NCBI GenBank assembly: GCA_001244265.2
Contig: CDLV01000004.1
Span: forward strand, 310,001-374,000
DNA length: 64,000 nucleotides
Origin: Microbotryum violaceum
Taxonomy: Eukaryota
Reading direction: 5' to 3'
The stretch's first letter is position 1, and every line of letters starts with the position of its first letter. Made by a program: the position numbers and the translations under genes. The notes under the pieces were generated by a model, which saw only the letters and a list, made by a program, of their open reading frames with translations, searched no databases and was not told the DNA's origin. Of the stretch, positions 1 to 12,942 are shown piece by piece.

Positions 1-1126
1 ACGCTCTCGCTTATGCTTACCGCTGCGTCCGCAATGTCTGTTCTTACATACCCTGGGTGTGTCAAACGTGCTCAGAATCGGATCAGTCGAAATCGCAATC
101 CATCACCAAACTTGCCGCTCACCTCTGGAACTTCCTGAGAGACCAGGGGGACCTCGCATCTGCCCAACTTGGCGAGGACGACGAAGAGCTTGTTCGCGCG
201 GCTTTTGCAGCGGCAGAGGCCGGAGGTAATACGACTTTCGCTTCGATAGTACCACCCACCATCATCACACGGTCGCCATCCAACATTCCTTCCCCAACTC
301 AGATGGAGCAATGCAAACAGTACATTGCAGAGTTGCGAGACCTGGCGCAACGCATGTCCAAGCTGTACGGAGTGGAAACCCTGGCCTTTATTGTCCCTCG
401 TTATCAAGACGACGTGTCGCCAGCGACGAAGGCGACCGTGCATTCGATAGGTGGGCTCAGATTTGCAGCTCACTGCAACGACTTCAAGGATCCATCCGGC
501 AATTCCTTGTTGTCTAATTTTGCTTCCAAGATGAGCTGGGATGAGACACTCAAGGCCAATGAAGCGGCAGATCTGAAAGAGGGTGAGCCTTTCATCGCAA
601 GTTATACGCGCATGAGACCAAGTTACCGTTACCAATTATGTGACATATGTTTTCGTCTCATCTATCAGCAAGAACTCGCTCGATGGACAGTGCTACTCGT
701 GGCGTTCTTGGCAAATGACACGGCACTCTGTTCCGCGCCCAACTCAGTAAGTAGTCTGCATCTGATCGGGCTCGACTCCGTGCTAATCATTTCCGTCTTT
801 ACAGACTCTGCCCTCGAGACTATACATCGCCGTTCCGACACGGGATCATCGACAGGCGCTTTCACACCTCAGAAGAAGATGATATGGTCTACCTAGGGCT
901 TGAAGGCACTGGGTGCCAAATGCGGATCAAGCCCGGGACGAAGAGTAGATACGAAATGGCTCTGCATCATAGTGCAGAGACATCGCCCAAGCAAACCGTT
1001 GCTCAGCTCAAGGCTATCATTGACGACCTCCGTCACGGCCGCCTCGCTATCGTACCCTCGGCGGACCCGAACGACAACACGGAGGCAGAAGCAAGCGACA
1101 ATGACTTGGCGGAGAAGGACCCCTGA
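1..1126 (+). pseudogene. HMG-box-like KDZ partner gene, 3' part, spliced and probably frameshifted
   Basis: Motifs TKLAAHLWNFL, LYGVETLAFIV...VHSIGGLRF and KQTVAQLKAIIDDLRHGRL match the partner genes at 31331-33634 and 61237-63045. A GTAAGT...CAG intron lies at about 748-803. Confidence 0.6.
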
Positions 1127-3193
1127 GCCCAAGATTTGGTGGAGCCGGGGACGAAGGCGGAGAGGTACTCGGCGGAGAAAAAAGCGGAGAAGGGTGGCGG
1201 AGGAGACCGGAGGATGAATGAAGCAAAACATCGTCGATGTGAGACCGTTCTGATGTCTTTCTTTGGGCATACTATGCTCTGAGTCGGTCTGCAAGATGAC
1301 CGATATTTGTTATGTCTCTGTGGTTTGTGACGCGTCTTTCAGTGTAGATCCTTGAATTTAGTTTCAGATGATTGTCATGCACGCATACAGCGTCTCAGCT
1401 GCCATCTTGATTGTGGCAATTAATCTTAACAGGATTGTAAATCAATACGATCAGAACGCTCATTCTGTCAGGCTCCGCCAAGATCACTGGGCATACTCGA
1501 AACCCCCCCCCCCCCCAGCGGACTGTTTCCTACGTCAAGGCCCGGGGCCCCTGTGTGCTCCGGGCGCCGGCATCCCGTTCATCCACGGCCCCCTTCCAGA
1601 GATTACGCTGGAGTCTTTCTTCACAACCAATCGTTCCGCACCTTTGTCCTACAAGGACTCGGGGCGCACCGCATGGGCCGCAGCACAACGGTGTGGCGCT
1701 CGCATCCAGGCAAGGCGACATCTCTGCGCATCTATTTACCTTTGGGTCAACGAAATTAGAATAGCACTCGGCCGACGCATCTCCTCTTTCTTCTTCTTCT
1801 TCTTCTTCTGAACTTGTGATGTACAAGCAAATGGCCATACACCTTTTCCAACTTCGACCTCATCGCCGTTTCTTGCGCCTCCCGTTTCAAACACACTTGG
1901 GAACCGATCCCTCCTAATCATTATCATATCCATGTATCCATGCTTCGTCCGAAGGCACCGTACCATTGACCGGGTCTCGTTGCACAAGTCTGTTTGACCT
2001 TTTGGCCTACCGTTGTCTTCTTCCCTTAGATACAATCTGACTTCACCTTCAGGTCGGACCGGTTGCCACTGCATAACCCTTAACTGCCTGCGCGCCGCAA
2101 AACCGGACGGTGGACAACTGTGAGGGCATTCGGTGGGACTGCAATACAGGGGTCAGACGACAGCTCGACCTCTCCTTTCATGTCCCATCCTGAATTCACC
2201 CATCGTCGCAACTATAAGACCCAACTGAAGACCAAGAAGATGACCATCACAATGATGACAAGACGGTATGTCCCGTCGAAAAGAACTCTGAAAACACCCT
2301 CCCGGTTTGGGTACTTTCAGTCTGACTCCAACACGACGTGTTGTCCACCTTGGGTTTGAGCCCTGATTGGTGTCACAAAATACTATATGACCTGCCATCG
2401 CCGAAAACCACGGCAGGGCAGTCGGTCGGTCGATATTAGAAGGAGGCCTAGGCCACAACAGCGTGCAGAACTCTCAAGCCGCCTAATGCGATGAGAAAAC
2501 GTAGAGCAACGACAGAGCAAGGGGTGTATCAAGGTGAGTCTGACTCGCTCGTGGCTTTGTTCAGTAAAATACAGCACAATACTTCGGGTATGGGTGACTA
2601 TGACTTGCTGCAGTTCGACTGTTGAAACGCAAGCGCCCGTGATGACGTACTTCGCATCGAGATTACAGTGAGCGTGTGAACTACGCAGGAAGGAATTGCG
2701 ACAAAGCAGTACGCTGGATCAGGACTTCGTTCAAGTATACATCAAAATGTAGTCGGCAGTGTTGGAATATAATAAGTACTTTTGCAATCCCTGCTGACTG
2801 TTTGGGAAGTGTCACCCAAGGCACGACGCGGACTGCGCATGTGACTGACTGGCAGGGAGCGCGGTCTACATGTAGGAGATCTCAGTGCAGTCAGTGCAAC
2901 AAAGATGCAATGGACGCTTGTGTTCACTCCCTCAGTGTAGCGCGCTCTTCCTCTAAATCTTACCGGTCGTGTTGGGCTCCGGCTGCCAGCTTTACTCGAG
3001 CGACATTAGGCGAGCCACCGCAAGATCGAGCGATTTAGCGATGCCGGGTCTTGGATGTCTGATCGCTCTTGTTGCACTTCCGGGCGAAGCGTCGTATAAC
3101 GGGTAGAATTACTAGCGAAATGAACGCATCATTGATCTCTTTACTAGTGCAAGTAGCAACTGGGCAAAAGACTGCAACTATATATGATCAATA

Positions 3194-6100
3194 TCAAATC
3201 CCCCAAAAAACATCGCCATCGTCTTCATCAAAGTCCTCGTTGATCTCGTCACTGAAGGCGCCGTAATCGGTAGTGTCGACGGAATGATGACTCAGATCAT
3301 CGCCCGAATGATCAATGATGTCAAGAAGGGTGTCATGATCCGTGGTGATGTCGTCTGACTCTCCGACCATCCCATCATTGATGCAGTCTGGCCATGTGTG
3401 ATCCGGCAAGCCACCCGCTGAGATTCGTTGAAAAACATCAACGTCGTCGGTGCACCACATTCGAAGCTCGACCCACTCCTCCACTTGCGGTTCGCCGGTT
3501 TGCCGGGTGCATTCCCACAGGTGATCTAGGCCGCCCTTCGAAAACCATCGGCGCGCAATATTTCTAAGACGCTCTTCTTCTTGCTCGAGCATCATCATCG
3601 CAGAGTCATCCTGCTCATCTCGTTGGATTGATTGCTGGCGAACTTGCTGAAACCTCTTGCGACGGCTTATCAGCCACCGTCCAATGCGACGCACTTCCCA
3701 TGCAAGTCGCTTGATTTCTTGCTGGCATCTTGCGCGAGACAATACTGCTGGAATGCCGACACGAACATCATCATCGTAGGCCCACGGCTCAGTGGGATGA
3801 CTATATAATATGTTGTTCCAGAGCGGCGCTAAGATGTCGAGTTTGAGCAGTTCGTTGAGATCCTCTGGGGCTGATGGCGGTACCCTTCGGGTTCTCAAGA
3901 TCGGATGGGAATCCTGAGAATTGACGAGGATGGCAGCATACTTTTTCACCTCGTCGTTATACATCGCCACTGCCTTCATGAGTCTTGGACGCAAAGAATT
4001 AAGATTCTTGACCAGGAGACCAGGCGCTTTCGTACCTATGAGCTGGCATTGCTACACATCAGCGTTCCTTCTGCCGGCGCAGAAGACTCATGGATTTCCT
4101 ACCGAGGGCTTTACCGCCTAGGCGCGGGGCCGTAGCTTCTCAGCTCCCTGTCGATATTGTACGACCAAGTCCCACAGCGAGCGAGATGCGATAATCAATG
4201 TGCAGGCAAATTCATAGTCCGTGCCAATCAAAGGTATTGAAATATTTAAGCGAAGACAACGGGGATCACATCAGAGGGTCAGAATGGAAGAAGGGAGTGA
4301 CGTACCAGGGTCCAGGACACTGATGTTTATGTCCGACGTGCGTAAGGAGTTCAGTCGATCATCAAGAACCTGCCGTTGTTTGGCCAGCTGTTGAAGTTTA
4401 GTCGACTGTTCTATAAGCTTGTTCGTATCTATGGTGTTCACGCAGGCTAGGTCTTCCCTGTAGCAATCGAAAAATGAATACCGAAGTTAGGTTACCGGTT
4501 CGTGTCTCACTCCCAAACGACGACGATAGCTCAGACCCACCGGCATGCTGCGATGTCTCTGTTAATCAGCTCAAGCTTGAACATGACGTTGCGCATCTCG
4601 GCTACCTCTTTGCGCTGCTCTTTCAGAGGGATCTGCTTGGACGCTGCACGTTGCGCGTGTCATTGTTCAAGGAGGGTAGCGACCGTCCATTCGGCGGAGC
4701 GATTAACGACCTCAGCAATGACTCTGTCGGCTTCGGCCTTGAGCTTGATTGCGTTTTTGAGTCGAGAATTAAGTTTGGTCACTGGGCATGATCGATACGC
4801 CAAAGATCAGCGACATGGTAAGGTAGTGCATGAAAGACTGGACGCTTAGGCGAACCAAGTTCGGCCAGATGCTGCTTGTTATAAGCAGACGCTCGACGAT
4901 TGATGTTCTCCAGCCGATGGGAGGCACTGGATGATCGATTCATGGGTATCATGCCTCGAAGCTGCGACCACAAGCGCTCGGCTCCCTCGGCATCAGTCAG
5001 ACCAAAACTGGGTAGAAAGCGCGGATCAAAGTCAACCTGGCAGGACCACTTGTGCGCATAGGCATGCATCGACGAGAGAGCAAATTCTAGACGCGGTAAG
5101 TGGTCTGCCAGAAGATTGCGCTGCGCATACCGGGGAGAGATGAGCTGTTCAGCTACGGACTAAGCCAATGCTCAGGCTTAGTGTCACGAACAAACTCACA
5201 CGGCATAAGTGCGACGATAAGTTGCAGGCGATATCATACGCGACTCCAACGCGACTTCGATCCTGCCTCGAACTTTGGTGGGAGCCCGATCCCGAGCTGG
5301 ATCCGACGTTTGTAGCGTCACTGGTACGCGCAGGTCCCGTAGTACAATCCGTTTCTCCGACTTCAACTTCTTCGAGAATCCATTTCAACAGCGACACGGG
5401 ATATACTAACCTGCGGTAGACCAAACTCGCTTATTAGTGTCCTTGCCTGGAGTCACAGATGGCCGGTCCACACATACTTTTCACCTGATTGATGAAGGTT
5501 GCAAAGTCGCAGGCAATGATCATGACGGCACACTGCAGCAACGAGGCCTGTGTCGGCTACTACATTTGACGAAGCGGAGGTCACACCACCATCTGCGGCC
5601 TTCCAGTTCGCTGTGCATTCGTCCTATATGATAGAATAGCCCGTTTAGCAATCACAGACAGTCGGGTCAACGCATTATTGGGTTCGGGTGACCCGACACC
5701 AGCAGCACCAAGGTACCTGCTCGCCCGCTTCAGTCGATCCGTCGATCAAAGCTTGCTCGTTTCGAATCTTGTCTGGTGACAGGAATAACGCTGGACGTGA
5801 CTTGAGAGGATCAGCAGTTGCCCGCGCGAATCGTCGATGCTGAAAATTGCCGTCGACAGCAATGATGACATCGAGGTCATTCTCGCTCTTGCCGGCTTCA
5901 TCGATCCGAGGCCCAAAACATGCCGGACAAACGTCGGCCAGACGCTCGCGCGGGGAGAGGCCGATAAATTCGGCGGTCAAAGTTGCCTGCAGCTGTTGCA
6001 TAAATCGATATTCATCCATTGCGGCATGAAGATGCTGACGCACGGTTGGACCCTGGGAAGCTTCCAATATTTTCTGTAAGAAACAGTGAATGTTTCCGGC

Positions 6101-7464
6101 CTGTCCCTGTCCCAGAGCCCACCTTGTTAAAAGGATCCTCCGAGAATAATTCAGAGGACCAAAAGAGAATGAGCGCTTCGGACATGTCATAGATACCAAA
6201 AGGATCTACCCCCAGTAGGTGTCGAGATATTCGATCGTGCGAAAGGTGAATGCGGTGATGCCTTCTCTTTTTCGGATTGAAGATGACGACGTCGGGAGAA
6301 GACCGTGAGCTGCCAGGGTTTGGATCTCGGATAGCATGGGCAGTATCGTAGTTCTCGTATGCCTGCTCATGGTTGGGGGATATCAAATCAGTCCAAGACG
6401 ATAGCGTAGGGGTGATTGACAAAAGATGTGCAGCAGAAGCACCTACCTGCAAAGAACAGGTCGACAACCACCTGCAAAGAACAGGTCGACAACCCGGACC
6501 TTTCTGGTGACTCGGCGTTCATGACATGCGTCGCACCACCCCTCGTCGTCCGGGAAGGGACAAACCCGCTCTGTCGAAGCACTTCTTTGGCCTTTTTCTT
6601 CATCAATAGGTACGCCTGGAGAAGTTCAGCTTCGGCCCTCGCATTCCGGCGAAGATTGCGCTGCTTCTTGGCGTTCCTCTTGATCTGTGATCGCTTAAGG
6701 GAAGAGGGCGCTTGGTCTTGAGAAGCACCGTCTGGGTGGAATGGCGAATGCTCCGGTCCAGATGAGTATCCACCGCCGAAATAGTGACCAAAGTCGTAGT
6801 CGGGCTCAAAGTCAGGCGCGCTGTTAGGCTTGAAGTTGTGCTCGAAGCCGCCGGTCTCGGTGTCTAGAGGCCACGCCGTTGCGCCATCGGCAATGTCAGT
6901 CCAAGGCTCGGACGATGATTTGTGGAGGCCGGCAATGGATTTCTCCGAATGCTCCTTCCGACGACGCGTTGACCTCTGGACCGATGGTGATGTGGGAGGG
7001 CTCGGCTGACGTTTCGGACGCCTCTTCGTTGGAGAGCGGAAAATACCGAAATTGAAGCCGAACGTCTTCTCGAACAGCTCGCTATCCGGGGACAACGATG
7101 GCTCCCTTTTCCGTACTCGCTTGGTCCATAATCTCCTCCTCTTCATCTTCTTCGTCTTTGCCTCCTCCTCCGTTCCGACCGACGTCGTGGCCCCATTCTC
7201 GAACGTGTCCTTGTTGCTGCTGGTCACCTTCTTCCTCCTCCTCCTCCTCACGGTCGTGCTCTTCTTGCGCTTGGTCTTGTCAGGCGTTTTCCCTTCTCTG
7301 TTCCGACTGGCGATGCTGAGCGAGGTTGTAGAGGTGGTGGTGTGTGTGGTAGGATGTCCATGCTTGAAGCGATGGGTGCGAGCCTGCAAGGCCTTGGTTG
7401 GAGGGAAGTGGGGGGGAACTCGTGGTGCTGAGGCAGATGGACCATGAGCGGGGATAAGTAGCAA
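3194..7464 (-). pseudogene. KDZ transposase (CxC1-like + KDZ domain), multi-exon, disrupted
   Basis: Diagnostic motifs in order: CPACFG, IAVDGNFQH, ECTANWKAAD, DTGLVAAVCRHD, SGEK, GVAYDIAC, MHAYAHKWSCQ, FGLTDAEGAERLWSQL, then a helical and acidic tail. A 25-bp duplication frameshifts the N-terminal region. The start is uncertain. Confidence 0.85.
6445..6494. repeat. 25-bp perfect tandem duplication inside the KDZ transposase
   Basis: ACCTGCAAAGAACAGGTCGACAACC twice; the length is not a multiple of 3. Confidence 0.9.
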
Positions 7465-7489
7465 GTGCCCGGATTAGTGACCACTTTTG

Positions 7490-7652
7490 CCTCCGGGGCT
7501 GGGGGTTGGCAGGGCAATGGTGCACCTAGCCCGCACCAACGTTTTCCTGGGCCAAATCTTCGAAAAGCTCCCTAAACTCGCCGCGCGCGGGGTAGTATAT
7601 TTGTTAGGCTTATTTTGACCCGCATAGGTGAGCGTTAGGCGGCGTATTTGTG
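7490..7652. repeat. Right imperfect TIR of KDZ family 1
   Basis: The reverse complement aligns by eye with 44822-44985 (blocks CCCCGCG..GGCGAGTT, GCTTTT, TTTGGCCC, GTTGGT, GGTGCACCA.TGCCCT). The outer limit is approximate. Confidence 0.65.
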
Positions 7653-8461
7653 ATTCTTCGCCCTGAACCACACTTTGGCCTGCGCCCGATCGCGAGACGA
7701 GAAACGCCAGCGACCGCTCCTCTTCTGGCGTGTACCGGGCCCTATTCGCAATTCAAAAGACCAAATCAAGAGGGTGTGACCTTCCCGAGCTCTTACGTGA
7801 CAGAGGTATGTACACGGTATGCGCCGCTCGGAAGCGAGCGCTGACCCTGATCCACATTTGGACTGTCCGGTCTCTCTAGCTCTAAGCGGACATACTACAC
7901 CGGTTCAAAAGACGTTCAAGGAGAAAGGTGTGCGATACGACACTGTATTGTTCCAGTCTCGGGTGATCGCCTCTTGTACGGCCACCTTTCGACCAACTCA
8001 ACATCGTCTGTCTGACCCCGGTCTCACCGTAACCGCCCCCCTTCGTATCCCGACCCGGCTCGGCAGACAGATCGGGTGGATCCTACCGAGTCAGGTAGGC
8101 AGCTATCAAGCGGGGACTGTACCAGGTGAGTCGAGGCTGCGGGAAGGCAAAGCTGGCGGACCAAGTGGAGGCTATCTTCAGCAGCTGCCCTGGCTGCAGC
8201 ACGCGATGCACCGGGCATGACTCGCAGCGACATGTAGTAGATGAGTTACTGACCGTTTTTCTATCCGATCGATCGACTGTGTCTGTGATGTGCGTTGGGT
8301 TCGGGGCCCGGTTCCTGGTCTGACAGAGGTCCGACGCGACTCTCGCTAGTCCCGAGCTGTTGCACGGCCGACCGTGTCGCTGCCTACATCTCGTTCCAAG
8401 TACGCCTTTGCCATATTTTCATCGGGGTGAACGAGCGGCCGTCGCCTCGACCGATCGCCCG

Positions 8462-11400
8462 ATGGCAGACGCTCAGGCTGCTCCCAGTTCGACGAGCGCG
8501 CGTCCTCATTCTTCTCCCTCGACAACTTCCACCTCGCTCGCTCAGCCGACCCTGGCCTCCTACGACCTACCAGCGACATCCTCCAGCTCCCTGTCCAACC
8601 CCGTAGTCGACGAGTCCATGTCGATCACACCTGTAGCTTCCACTTCCGCGTTGGCCAATACACCGCTCGAACGTGCGCCGCCACGCATCAACACTCGACC
8701 GAGATCCCGATCCGGATCCGCATCCCTCGCTTCCTCTTCCGACCCCAAAGAAGGAGACGGAAATGGCTCAGTCGATATGGACCAAGGGAACGAAACGAGT
8801 GACGAGGATGGGGGTGGGGAGAACAAACCTATTGTTAAAGTAGAACTGGATCAGGTAAACGAAAAGGAGGAGGAGGACACTGAAGAAGAAGAAGAAGAGG
8901 TCAAGCCGATGCGAAGGCCGGCCAAAAAGACGAAAAAGGTGCAGGTCGTGTCCGAACCTCAATTGATAAAGGATTTACCCCGCGCGGAAGATCAGGTACG
9001 TTTACGAACCCTACGCACGCTCATGTATGGTCCGAACGCCGCGGTCCGGTCTCCCTGGCGGCTCAAGAACTGACCATCCCACCCCCACTGGTTCTCGTCT
9101 TAGGCCGGAAGATCCTATACCGAAATTACCGATTGCACGTACGCCAACAAGTCTCTGGGTAATCTCGCCTACTTTGACGAAGATTTGACCCGGTGCGAAT
9201 GCTCCTACACGGCTGGTCAGTCCATGCAGCATATCCCTCTTTACCATACTCAAAGTCCATGAATGCTGATGTTCTAGACTCACTTTTTGAATTGCTCGGG
9301 GCAGGCTTCCCCGTTCTCGAGCAAGCGTGCGGTGAGGAATCTCAATGCGTCAATCGGTTGATGCAGATCGAATGCGTCGCGGGCGATTGTCGATGCGGTC
9401 AACGCTGTCAGAACCAAAGGTGCGTCTTCAAAAAGAGGCAGTTCAGCTTTCGTCGGGGTATTGATTTGCCAATCTTTGTTTTGGCGTGAGGCACTAGATT
9501 CCAAAAGAAGGAATACGCCAAAATCGAGATCGTCAAAACGGAGAGGAAAGGTTTCGGCGTTCGTGCAACGCAGGACATGACGACGTGAGTGATGAGAAAT
9601 GAATTATGAATTGGCCCACGACGCGATGGAAGCTGAAACGCGTCTCTTTTCATCATAAAAGTGATACGTTCGTGTACGAGTATGTAGGCGAGGTCATTGG
9701 GCCAACGGTGTTCGCCAAGAGGATGAAGGACTATGCGAATGAGGGGGTGAAACATTTTTACTTTATGGCTCTTGACAAGGACATCGTAAGTCACTGGACA
9801 TATTTTTTTGGAAGTGCACTTTGCCAATACTGACTTGGACGTGCCCGATTTTCAGTTCATCGACGCGACCAAAAAAGGCGGCAAAGGGCGCTTCCTGAAT
9901 CACTCGTGCAACCCCAACTGCTTCGTCGCGAAATGGACCATCGGCAAAAAGATGCGCATGGGAATATTTACCAAACGTTCCATCAAGGCCAACGAAGAAT
10001 TGACGTTCAATTATAACGTCGATCGGTATGGTCATGTCGCGCAGGAATGTTATTGTGGCGAACCGAATTGTGTCGGCTTCATTGGCGGAAAGACGCAGAC
10101 GGATATTGGCGGGATGGATGATTTGTACCTTGATGGTCAGTACTGGGATATTGTCTGGTCATCTCGATGGGTCGGTTCCAGAGCTGACGGTCAACACTCT
10201 TGGCCCGTTCAGCTCTCGGTATCGCCGAAGAAGTCGAAGCGCTCGGATTAAGAGGAACCAAGAAAAAGAAGGGCAAGGAACTCGATGAAGATTTCCTGCC
10301 TCTTCTCCGCCCCATCGACATTGATGAAGTGCCCAAAGTATCGGCCGCGGTTCGTCAATCGATCCAAACGCGGCGTATCCTCGAAAAGATCTTGACCCGA
10401 ATTCAGATGACCAACGACCCCGAAGTCCTTTCCGACCTTCTCCGCCTTCACGGCTTCAACCTGATGACGCACATCTTGAAAGAGTACCCTACGGACGAGA
10501 GAGTGCTCACGTTGGATTTGGAGATTTTGACCAAGTGGGAGTTGAAGACGAGGAATAAGGTCGAGTCGTCCAAGATTGAACCGTGCGTCAAGGCGTGCCT
10601 TTTGGTCGAAAATAAGAACATTCAAACCCTCGCGCAAAACCTTCTCGATTACTGGGACTCGTTGGAGATGGGTTACCGAATACCGAGGGCTGTACGAACT
10701 GAATTGACGACGAGTGTCAATGGCGGTGCGGAGGCGGATCCATCGATTCCGAATGGTGCGCAAGGGGATGGGGGTAATTCGACGGCTTTGAACGAAAGGA
10801 AGCGGTGTCTAGGTGGGGAGTACTCGATTGACCAAATCGCCAAACGAGCACGAGCGGAAGAGGAAGCCAAAGCCTACGATCTCGACACACCTCGAAGACC
10901 GGCATGGGTCAAACCTTCCGCTACCGTGATGGTCGCTCCGACGCCTCCTACTTCTTCTTCGACGCTTCCAAGAGGGTGGAAAAAGCATATTGACAAGAAC
11001 TCTGGGGATCCGTATTACGAGAATACTTTGACGAGGGAGGTGCAGTGGACTTTACCGACGAAACATCTCATCGACCCCGCTCCATCATCCTCCTCGACCT
11101 TTTATCGTCCCTCGGCCGAGACGGTCCACACCCCCATCACGACCAAGATGAAAGCGACTGATGTGAACGAAATTATTGCCCAAGTCCAAAGGGAAGCCGA
11201 AGCCGTCGCAGTACGAGAGGAGAAAGAACGCCTCAAACGCGAACTCGAACTCAAACAAGCCGAATTGGAACAACTCAAAATGCGGTCTTCGTCTTCCCTT
11301 TCGAGATCGACGTCTTCTTCGAACGTCAATGGACATGGGTATGGGCATGGCTCGGACAGTGCCAAGGATAAGAAGGTGATGGCGTTGTTCTCGGGTGTGG

Positions 11401-11955
11401 TTGTTCAGGTGATGAGCAAGTACAAGGGGGCTTTGGATCCGGATCAATTCAAGAAGCGCGCCAAGGAGGTAAGTATCGTGCTAGCTGTGCCCTCTCGGCA
11501 CGTCGTCTCGGCTCACTGACCTGACATTTGCTTTCTATCAGGTCACCATCCTCCTTTGTGAAAAGGAAAAGAAGCACCCTTCGTACAACAAAGAACCGTA
11601 CGACTCGCTCACCCCCGAAAAAATGAGCAAAGTCAAAGCTTTCACCAAGGACTGGATCAAGAAACTGATCGAACGCAAACGCGCCCGAAACCTCAACGGC
11701 AGCGGTCGATCCAAGTCGAGTTCCTCAACTCCTGGAGGAACGGGAGCCGCTTCGCCTAGTCTGGGTTTGGATGGGACCCCTAGTTCTTCAACGCCTGTGA
11801 CAGGAGCCATGCCGACGGGTTTTGATTCTCCGAATGATAAGGCCTCACCTAGGAGTGCGGGATACGTCTTGGGTCATCTCGCGAGTCATTCGAACAGTTC
11901 GCTCAACAGCCCCAATCAACGCCCGACTTCGAACCTGTCCAAAATGACACCTTGA
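8462..11955 (+). CDS. set2: Histone-lysine N-methyltransferase, H3K36-specific (Set2), multi-exon
   Basis: AWS cysteines ([17 protein letters not shown]...CRCG..CQNQ), SET ([30 protein letters not shown]), post-SET ([10 protein letters not shown]), WW (LPRGWKK...[15 protein letters not shown]) and C-terminal SRI-like region (MSKYK...[13 protein letters not shown]). GT-AG introns, e.g. 8996-9103. Confidence 0.95.
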
Positions 11956-12942
11956 TCTATTTCGCCCATTCAAGGTCGTACATCTTAACACAACACACAT
12001 TCGAAAGTTGGTCTCTGTTGTCACTTGTTCCTTTTTTATTTCCCCATTCGCCTGTCCACTATACCTGATGTGTGCAGACCCCTCATGTACATGCTGTCGA
12101 AATCACAACCCCTAGCTTGCCTACTAGCTGAAGAATGCAGCGAGACATGACGAGAGTTGAGCTTGCAGTCCATTGTGATCTTGGGATCTGCACAGCCGTC
12201 CAGTGAACATGACTGAACATAGAAGTATCTATCTTGAACGTAAGTTGAATTCAGTTAAGACGAATACACACAATTTGTCGAATGCGTAGACCTTCTTGGG
12301 GGTGTCGGGGTGTAGGAGTCGGTAACTTCTTGTTGAACATACAGGCTACTTGCTCTTGGGGTGTCTGCAAGCTGTAGCTGACTTATCCTGCTCTGTTGGA
12401 GTTGTGAAGCCACACACATGCAATAAGAGTTTCGCTACATAAATACCTAGCGGCGACGTCGAGTGATCGCGCAGATATTGCTCTCGCCGAAGTTCGGAGA
12501 AGCCTGTCCGGCGCCACCTGACGAGAGTCGGTCACACCCGACTCGACTGAGCAGGATTTGAGAAAGAACGGAAAAGGGCTACCGCTCAACTTGAGAGAGT
12601 TGAGTCAGTTTGTAAACAGTATTGCCCACGATTTAGGTCTCTGTGGTCTATAGCATCGCCTCCTTGCTTCGCGTCCTGAGCAGAGGCACTTGCCGGCGGA
12701 CTTGCCCAAACTTTAATCGGCTCCTGTCGCCGACTCGCCGAGGCCACTGACAAGCTGCGAAACAGAAATCTGCCGCGTCTAACGTTACCGATTCAGACGT
12801 ATGAGATGTTAGACTTTAAACTTCGCGTTTTTCAGTAGTTCAGTTCCAAGTACCTAATTCATGGCTGCCACTCGAAAATCTTCCGAGTTCGCGGCGGCCC
12901 AGGAGTCAACTCTCACGCGGGAGGCTGGTAGGCGATTGCGTA

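Larger units (their letters stand above)
1..7652. mobile_element. KDZ-class DNA transposon, family 1 copy a (left end outside window)
   Basis: Contains a minus-strand KDZ transposase and a plus-strand partner gene. Positions 1-3809 are near-identical to 46463-54944 once the copia insert there is removed. The right end 7490-7652 is an imperfect inverted match to 44822-44985. Confidence 0.8.

Noticed and set aside
1368-1811. Secreted effector-like ORF with a hydrophobic N-terminus
   Set aside because: It runs through a poly-C tract and a TTC microsatellite, changes frame in the duplicate copy, and has no recognisable motif.
1230-3190. TET/JBP dioxygenase expected in a KDZ element
   Set aside because: No HxD...H...R pattern or sizeable ORF was found by eye; a profile search is still needed.
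7052-7447. Membrane-protein-like ORF
   Set aside because: It is the antisense shadow of a purine-rich Lys/Arg/Glu tract at the 5' end of the KDZ gene.
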